Shown here one piece after another: positions 26,262 through 32,000 of a stretch of 32,000 bases of DNA (its first letter is position 1; every line of letters starts with the position of its first letter). The stretch covers positions 2,340,001 through 2,372,000 of the forward strand of contig NC_002937.3 in assembly GCF_000195755.1 (NCBI RefSeq), read 5' to 3'. This DNA is from Nitratidesulfovibrio vulgaris str. Hildenborough. GTDB taxonomy: Bacteria > Desulfobacterota > Desulfovibrionia > Desulfovibrionales > Desulfovibrionaceae. A program made the position numbers and the translations under genes. The notes under the pieces were generated by a model. That model saw nothing but the letters and a program-made list of their open reading frames with translations, did no database searches and was not told where the DNA came from.

Positions 26262-26871
26262 CGGCGCCCCCATTTGCGCCCCCGCCTGAACCCTCGTCTG
26301 GCCCCTTGCCGGGGCACTCGCCCCTATCCGGCGCACCGGGCTGCAAGGGGGCACGCCCAAGCTTCCGCATGAGCAGGTCGTAGCGTTCAAGCACGAGGTT
26401 GCGTCCCGCATGCCGTGCCGAGTCCACGCAGTCAGCATAGGCCGTGAGTGCTTCAGGGGAATAGGTCTGCAACTCGCAACCGAGGTAGCGGCGGAAGCCC
26501 TCCTCCCCGTCCGCCCCGATGATGTCGGGGTGCTGCGCGGCGACCTCTGCCCGCCATGTTGATTCGACGGCGACGATGTCCTCGATGCGCGGGTCTTGGG
26601 CCTTCGTCTGCAGAAGGCCCTCCATGAGTGCGTACTTTTCGGTCATGAGATTGCGGCCCGCCTCTGCGGCCTTGCGCAGGTCGTCACGATAGGCTTCGAG
26701 AAACGGCAACGCCAGAACCCCGTGGGTCATCTCACGCATGATGCGGAACGTTCCCGGCAACTCCTGACAGGGTGAAACGCCCCCCCGGTTACGGACGGCG
26801 AGGAACATGGCGAGTTCGGCCTGCACAATGTCCTCTACAAGGGCCTCACGGCGATCAGTCGTCATGGTCAT
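26254..26871 (-). CDS. Soluble helical hypothetical protein (reminiscent of DUF4125, unverified)
   Basis: 205 aa with AGGAG upstream. It has two similar helical halves, each with an RNL(M/V)xE(K/R)Y(A/D)L(M/L) motif (AGRNLMTEKYALMEG and AGRNLVLERYDLLMR). The tail is Gly-rich and low-complexity. Confidence 0.7.
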   Translation of the reverse strand: MTMTTDRREALVEDIVQAELAMFLAVRNRGGVSPCQELPGTFRIMREMTHGVLALPFLEAYRDDLRKAAEAGRNLMTEKYALMEGLLQTKAQDPRIEDIVAVESTWRAEVAAQHPDIIGADGEEGFRRYLGCELQTYSPEALTAYADCVDSARHAGRNLVLERYDLLMRKLGRAPLQPGAPDRGECPGKGPDEGSGGGANGGADA

Positions 26872-26928
26872 GGTCTCCTTGGATATATACGAAAAGAGGT
26901 TGCCATACGCCGCACGGCAGCTTTCACG

Positions 26929-27780
26929 CTACTCGGCGGCAAGGGTCATGCCTGCCGAGGCTGCGACGACGGAGGCTATACCGCCCCACTGCCCCGCGGA
27001 CAATTGCTCGTCCAGCCAGAAGCAGCCCATGAGGGCCGCCACAGCCGGGGCAAGACTCATGAGCGTACCGTAGACTTTCGGCGTGATGCGCCGTAGTGCC
27101 TGCATCTCGAGAAGGCAGGGTACGGCTGCGGAAGAGAGGGCCAGCAGCAGCCCGAAGAGCAGTGAAGACGATTCGAGCAGTGCGCCCCCCACGGTGACGA
27201 GCGACAGGGGCAGGGTCGCCACCCCCCCTGTGAACATGGCAAGCGCCAGTGCCGCGCAGCAGTCTCGGGCACAGGCCGCCTTGCCGAACCAGATGTACAT
27301 GGCCCAGCACCCCGCCGCCGCCCCGGCAAGGGCGACGCCGCGCATGTCCACCAGCCCGACGGCGTCGGGGCGCAACAGCAGCCAGATGCCCGCTGCGGCA
27401 AGGCCCACCCATGCGAAGTCCCGCGGACGGCGCGACGCGGCAAGGGCGATGACCAGAGGCCCCAACATCTGCACGCCCACGGATATGCCAAGCGGAACAT
27501 ACCGGATGGCAGCATAGGAAAAGAGGAACATGCCCCCCAGCCCGACGCCGAACAGCAGGTGGGGCCTCCACTCATCGCGCGGAATGGGCTTCTGCCAGGG
27601 ACGCGAAACCAGCGCGAGTACGGCGGCAGAGAAAAAGAGCCTGTACGTGGTGACGCCCTCGGCACCTACGACAGGAAAGAGATGCTTCGCCCAGCTGGCG
27701 CTGCAATAGATGAGCACCTCGGCACAGAGGACGAGCAACACGGCGAGATACGACGACGAAGAAGGGGCTGACTGCTGCAT
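26929..27780 (-). CDS. DMT superfamily (EamA-like) transporter
   Basis: 283 aa with GAGGA upstream. About 10 hydrophobic segments form two EamA-like halves. Confidence 0.85.
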   Translation of the reverse strand: MQQSAPSSSSYLAVLLVLCAEVLIYCSASWAKHLFPVVGAEGVTTYRLFFSAAVLALVSRPWQKPIPRDEWRPHLLFGVGLGGMFLFSYAAIRYVPLGISVGVQMLGPLVIALAASRRPRDFAWVGLAAAGIWLLLRPDAVGLVDMRGVALAGAAAGCWAMYIWFGKAACARDCCAALALAMFTGGVATLPLSLVTVGGALLESSSLLFGLLLALSSAAVPCLLEMQALRRITPKVYGTLMSLAPAVAALMGCFWLDEQLSAGQWGGIASVVAASAGMTLAAE

Positions 27781-27818
27781 GACGCATCCTCGGGAAAAGG
27801 TTCACGAGTGTGCGCATG

Positions 27819-27834
27819 TGCAAAGCTGATGCCG
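27819..27834 (-). promoter_or_regulatory. Sigma-54 (-24/-12) promoter of the DMT / hypothetical / TauE operon
   Basis: The minus strand reads CGGCAT-CAGCT-TTGCA with correct spacing. It lies 38 nt upstream of the DMT ATG. Confidence 0.55.
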
Positions 27835-28118
27835 CTTGCCATGACGAAGCCGGAATGGCCCCGTAACGCCTTGCCGCAGGGCATGTCGGAACCCCAGCGG
27901 CCCATCAAGAGAAAGATGATCTCTTTATTCACCTGAAACAACACACCAATTTGACAAAGGCCCCAGCAAGGCACGGCATGTGTGCGGACAGCCGCCGCAC
28001 ACAAAGAAAACTTCACTTGATGCCCATTTTCTACCTGAATAGTAAGTTTTCTTTCTCACGCTAATAGAAACTATTAATAACAATGACATTCATTAATCAT
28101 TGTGCCCCAATGGAGACA

Positions 28119-28134
28119 TGTGAAGGACTTCACA
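28119..28134. repeat. Palindrome TGTGAAG-GA-CTTCACA abutting the permease -24 element
   Basis: 7-bp perfect arms with a 2-nt spacer, ending 4 nt before TGGTAC. It shares the TTCACA core with three sites in the GRE control region. Confidence 0.5.
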
Positions 28135-28138
28135 TCGC

Positions 28139-28154
28139 TGGTACGCTTGTTGCT
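28139..28154 (+). promoter_or_regulatory. Sigma-54 (-24/-12) promoter of the APC permease gene
   Basis: TGGTAC-GCTTG-TTGCT lies about 115 nt upstream of ATG 28269. It is preceded by an AT-rich tract of about 200 bp. Confidence 0.6.
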
Positions 28155-28268
28155 GTTCCGGGCTCATCACGCGGTTCCTTGTCTCCGGTTGATGTTCCCG
28201 CGTGGGGCTGCGGCTAACGACCGTCGAGCCGGGAACATCCTCTTCAGCAACCCTTTGTGAGGTTCATC

Positions 28269-29777
28269 ATGTCCGAACAGTTTGAACTTGAAAAAACCCT
28301 GTCCCCGATGCAGGTGTGGGCCCTCGCTCTGGGCTCCATCGTCGGCTGGGGCTGCTTCGTGCTGCCCGGCGACATGTTCCTGCCGCAGGCTGGCCCCGTA
28401 GGGACGCTCACAGGCTTCCTCATCGGTGCCTTCCTTCTCAGCTTCGTGGCTGTCTGTTACAGCTACATGGTCAAGTACGTACCTGTTGCAGGTGGCGCAT
28501 TCGCCTATGCCTATGTCGGCTTCGGCCCGACAGCGGCCTTCATCTGCGGCTGGGCGCTCGTTCTGGGCTACATCGCCATCGTCTGCATCGACATCGCGGC
28601 CCTTGCGCTCATCTTCAGGTTCCTCTTCCCGGGGGTCTTCGAGTTCGGCCCGTTGTACTCCATCGCCGGGTGGCAGGTGTACACGGGTGAAGTGATGCTG
28701 ATGACCTTCGGCACCCTCGCCTTCGGCTGGATGAACTATCGCGGCGTGAGCTTCGCGGGCAAGTTGCAGGTCGTTCTCGCCTACATGCTGACCATCGGCA
28801 TCGTGGCGCTCTTTGCGGGCACCGCCTCCCTTGAATCGGCCCACATGAGCAACCTCATGCCCATGTTCGCCGAACATCGCACGCCGCTTTCCTGCGTGCT
28901 GATCATCTTCGCCATCTCGCCCTTCCTCTTCGTGGGCTTCGACACCGTGCCGCAGGCCGCTGAGGAGTTCGCCTTCGACCCCGCGCGCTCCCGCAGGATC
29001 ATGATCCTCGCCATCTTCATGGGCGTCATCCTGTACAGCCTCGTGGCCCTTTCCGTGGCCATCGTGATGCCCTACCCCGAAATGCTCGCCAAGATGGAAG
29101 CCCTGCGCGCCAGCGGCGGCACAGCATGGGCCACCGGCGACGCCGCCACCATGGCCTTCGGCAAGTTCGGCGCCATCGTGCTGGCCTGCGCCGTTCTCGG
29201 CGCCGTCTGCACCGGCATCAACGGCTTCTACATCGCCACCTCGCGCCTGCTGCTCAGCATGGCTCGCGGCCGCATCCTGCCTTCTTGGTTCGGCGACATC
29301 CACCCCAAGTACCGCACTCCCTACAAGGCCATCCTCTTCACCATCGCCATCGTACTGCTGACTCCCTTCGCCGGTCGTTCCGTGGTGGTATGGATCGTGG
29401 ACATGAGCTCGGTGGGAACCGGCATCGGCTACCTCTTCACCTGCCTTGCCGCCCGCCGCGTGCTTCTGGGTACTCCCGGCGTCGGCAACAAGAGCCTCAG
29501 CATCCTCTGCTGCAACATCGGCACGCTCACTTCCGTCATGTGCATCGTCCTGCTGCTGGTGCCCGGTTCGCCCGCCTACATCAGTGAAGCATCCCGCTGG
29601 TGCATGGTCGCGTGGGTAGTGATGGGCTTCTTCTTCTACTACTCCAACAAGTCCGTATGGGCCCAGTTGCCTGAGATGACGATCCGCTCGAGCATCCTCG
29701 GCAGCTGCGACATCCCTGTCTTCTTCAAGGGCAACACCTCTGGGGTGAAGGCCGCGGCCGAAGCCGCCTCGAAGTAA
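28269..29777 (+). CDS. APC-superfamily amino acid/organocation permease
   Basis: ATG 28269 has GAGG 7 nt upstream. 502 aa with about 12 TM segments. The N-terminus LSPMQVWALALGSIVGWGCFVLPG and the GGAFAYAY motif are typical of the APC family. Confidence 0.9.
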   Translation: MSEQFELEKTLSPMQVWALALGSIVGWGCFVLPGDMFLPQAGPVGTLTGFLIGAFLLSFVAVCYSYMVKYVPVAGGAFAYAYVGFGPTAAFICGWALVLGYIAIVCIDIAALALIFRFLFPGVFEFGPLYSIAGWQVYTGEVMLMTFGTLAFGWMNYRGVSFAGKLQVVLAYMLTIGIVALFAGTASLESAHMSNLMPMFAEHRTPLSCVLIIFAISPFLFVGFDTVPQAAEEFAFDPARSRRIMILAIFMGVILYSLVALSVAIVMPYPEMLAKMEALRASGGTAWATGDAATMAFGKFGAIVLACAVLGAVCTGINGFYIATSRLLLSMARGRILPSWFGDIHPKYRTPYKAILFTIAIVLLTPFAGRSVVVWIVDMSSVGTGIGYLFTCLAARRVLLGTPGVGNKSLSILCCNIGTLTSVMCIVLLLVPGSPAYISEASRWCMVAWVVMGFFFYYSNKSVWAQLPEMTIRSSILGSCDIPVFFKGNTSGVKAAAEAASK

Positions 29778-29810
29778 GACCACGCTATCGTAGACACATC
29801 CCGGACAGGC

Positions 29811-29841
29811 AGCCCCCCGCAGGAACATCCTGCGGGGGGCT
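29811..29841. terminator. Bidirectional hairpin between the convergent permease and histidine kinase genes
   Basis: AGCCCCCCGCAGGA-aca-TCCTGCGGGGGGCT forms a 14-bp perfect stem. Confidence 0.65.
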
Positions 29842-29932
29842 CATCGCATGTCTTTCAGACCCTTTGCCGTGCAAAGGTGCGCCTGACGCCCCATCCACAC
29901 CGCGCCCTGCTCACCCTCACCGGGAACACTCT

Positions 29933-32000
29933 CTACCCGCCGTCCGTCACACCCGTCCTTCTCGCACGCAGCAGAGGGATATGACGCAGCACTTCGCCAA
30001 GGGCATGCATGGAAATGGGTTTGGCGAGATAGGCATCCATGCTGGCATCGAGAAAACGCTCCCGGTCTCCGTTCATCACGTACGCCGTGAGCGCCACGAC
30101 CGGAACATCGGCATTGGCACAGTGCGAGGCACGCAACAGCCCCACGGCGGTCATCCCGTCCATCTGGGGCATCTGGATGTCCATGAGCACACAGTCGAAC
30201 GGCGCGCCTACAAGCACGGCCAGTGCCTGTTCGCCGTCAGTGGCCGTCCTCACGGTGTGTCCCATTCTTTCGAGCATGGCGCGCACTGTGAACAGGTTCA
30301 CGGGGTCGTCCTCTACCACGAGCACCCGAAGCCCCTGCGGGTCCTCCTGCGGCGGGTTCACCTCGGGCGCGGCGGCCTTGGCGTCGCCTGCCGCCAGTGG
30401 CAGACAGAGGGTGAGATACACCGAAGTACCGACGCCGACCTGCGAATCGACCGTGAGCGTACCGTCATACGCATGTACCAGCGTGCGCGTTATGGCCAGA
30501 CCGAGTCCTACTCCCTGATACCGCTTGGTGAGCGGGGCCTCGACCTGCGTGAAGGGCTCGCAGATGGACCCCACCTGTTCTTCCGGGATACCGCAGCCGG
30601 AGTCGTGCACCATGAACAGGATGCGCGCCCGCCCATCGGGCATGGGCAAAAGGGTCTTCACCTCGAGTTTCATCTGCCCCCTGTTGGTGAACTTCATGGC
30701 ATTGCCCACAAGGTTGAGCAGTATCTGGCGCACCCGCACGGCATCGCCCAGAAAGGGCCCCGGGACCGCATCGAGGGCGAACTCAAGCGGGAGTCCCTTC
30801 TCGCGGGAGAGGGGTGCGAAGGTCTCACGAATGGATGCAAGGACATCGGAAAGTGTGAACGGCTGTTCGGCAAGCACGAGTTTGCCCGCCTCGATGCGCG
30901 AAAGATCGAGGATGTCGCCCAAAAGGTCGGTGAGCCTGCGCCCGGAACGTCTCGCCATGCCGAGATATTCGGCCTGACCGGCATCAAGGCCCGTGGCCTC
31001 GAGCAGGTCGAGCATACCGAGAAGGCCATTGAGCGGCGTGCGGATCTCATGGCTCATGTTGGCGAGGAACGCGCTCTTGGCCGCGTTCGCGTTATCGGCC
31101 TTCTCCTTGGCCTCACGCAGATGGAGATTGGAGTCCTCAAGCAGGGCCGTTCGTTCAGCGACACGCGTCTCCAGTTCATTGCGTGCCCGTTCCACCGCAT
31201 TGCGGGCCGCCACCTCCTGCTGGAGGGCACGCCGCAGGGAGCGCGACGACAACGCCGTGAAGACCACAAACGCGACGACGATGACGGCCACATAGGCGGC
31301 ATTGCGGAACCACGGCTGTATGGCGTCATCAAGCGCCAGTCCCACGACCACCCAGAACGGATGGTGCCCCACCTTGCGATACGAGAATATCTTCTCAAGC
31401 CCCCCCACATGGGACACTGTTCGCACCACACCCGCCTCACTGCCTCCCTGAATGGCTTCCCGCACCGGCTGTGCTCCGAATCTTCCCGGTGTGACATCCA
31501 TCTCCGGCGGCAGGGGCGGCACACGGGTGAGCATGATGAAGCCCTGGCGCAAGAACGAGATGTGACCATTGGGGCCGATGTCTATGCCCTGAAACAGTTG
31601 GCTGAACCGCTCCAGCGGAATGGTAGCCAGCACCACCCCCATGAAGACGCCGTCACCATCGGTGACCCGACGTGCAACACTGATGACCCTCTTGCCACTC
31701 AGGCGCCCCTCGATGGGTTCCGAGACCTCCATGCGAGTCGCCCCTGCACGCAGGTTCCTGAAATAGACACGATCTCCGATATGCACCCGCTGCTGTAACA
31801 GCCCGTTGCAGTCGAGCACGACCTCACCCGAGGCGTCCGCATAGAGCAGGTTGTCCACAAGGGGCAGATGATCGATGAACCGGCTGAACACGTCGGGCAG
31901 TGCCTGCCTTGCGTTGTCCCCCTCATGGCGCCGGGTCTCCCCGGCGAGTCCCAGCAACCCCACATCGAGCGTGTCGAGGTAGCCGCCGATGCGTTCAGCC
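29933..32000 (-). CDS. Hybrid sensor histidine kinase/response regulator with periplasmic Cache-like domain (5' end beyond the window)
   Basis: The frame stays open to the right edge (...[21 protein letters not shown]). It has a Cache-like sensor, then a TM segment [17 protein letters not shown]. The HisKA motif is [15 protein letters not shown]. The HATPase has [10 protein letters not shown] and GVGLGLAI. The C-terminal receiver has [10 protein letters not shown]...[12 protein letters not shown]...KP. Confidence 0.9.
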   Translation of the reverse strand, partial: AERIGGYLDTLDVGLLGLAGETRRHEGDNARQALPDVFSRFIDHLPLVDNLLYADASGEVVLDCNGLLQQRVHIGDRVYFRNLRAGATRMEVSEPIEGRLSGKRVISVARRVTDGDGVFMGVVLATIPLERFSQLFQGIDIGPNGHISFLRQGFIMLTRVPPLPPEMDVTPGRFGAQPVREAIQGGSEAGVVRTVSHVGGLEKIFSYRKVGHHPFWVVVGLALDDAIQPWFRNAAYVAVIVVAFVVFTALSSRSLRRALQQEVAARNAVERARNELETRVAERTALLEDSNLHLREAKEKADNANAAKSAFLANMSHEIRTPLNGLLGMLDLLEATGLDAGQAEYLGMARRSGRRLTDLLGDILDLSRIEAGKLVLAEQPFTLSDVLASIRETFAPLSREKGLPLEFALDAVPGPFLGDAVRVRQILLNLVGNAMKFTNRGQMKLEVKTLLPMPDGRARILFMVHDSGCGIPEEQVGSICEPFTQVEAPLTKRYQGVGLGLAITRTLVHAYDGTLTVDSQVGVGTSVYLTLCLPLAAGDAKAAAPEVNPPQEDPQGLRVLVVEDDPVNLFTVRAMLERMGHTVRTATDGEQALAVLVGAPFDCVLMDIQMPQMDGMTAVGLLRASHCANADVPVVALTAYVMNGDRERFLDASMDAYLAKPISMHALGEVLRHIPLLRARRTGVTDGG

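Noticed and set aside
1-32000. Scan for CRISPR arrays, IS elements/transposases, integrases, toxin-antitoxin pairs and rRNA genes.
   Set aside because: I found no regularly spaced direct repeats, no transposase- or integrase-like ORFs, no small paired ORFs typical of TA modules and no rRNA signatures.

Overview
High-GC, Desulfovibrio-like chromosomal segment. From memory of gene order (glgA-nudix-tex-ahpC ... dnaA-thyX-ruvBA-ruvC-yebC-rlmE) it resembles D. vulgaris; this is unverified. All coordinates were counted by hand, so start codons may be off by a few codons.

Left half (1-16.3 kb): ordinary housekeeping genes, mostly on the minus strand. They are a partial glgA, a Nudix hydrolase, Tex, AhpC, an acyl-CoA synthetase, an XRE-cupin regulator, a full-length DnaA outside the usual dnaA-dnaN context, ThyX, RuvB/A/C, YebC, RlmE, a CgeB-like protein and tRNA-Ala(CGC).

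Downstream of the tRNA (16.3-19.1 kb): a visibly AT-richer islet carrying an autotransporter.

Right part (19.1-29.8 kb): the most interesting region. It holds a glycyl radical enzyme (GRE), its activase, and a small HesB/IscA-like gene interrupted by an in-frame TGA. That TGA aligns exactly with a Cys codon in a tandem paralogue and is followed by a stem-loop, so it is a likely selenocysteine codon. Next come a PAS-type sigma-54 enhancer-binding protein, a DMT / helical hypothetical / TauE-SafE operon and an APC permease. I can read three sigma-54 -24/-12 promoters in front of these units. The GRE Cys loop reads G-C-V-S, not the C-x-E of characterised GRE eliminases nor the C-C of pyruvate formate-lyase. 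I therefore regard the locus as a candidate uncharacterised anaerobic radical catabolic module.

The window ends inside a Cache-type hybrid histidine kinase. I found no CRISPR array, transposase or integrase.
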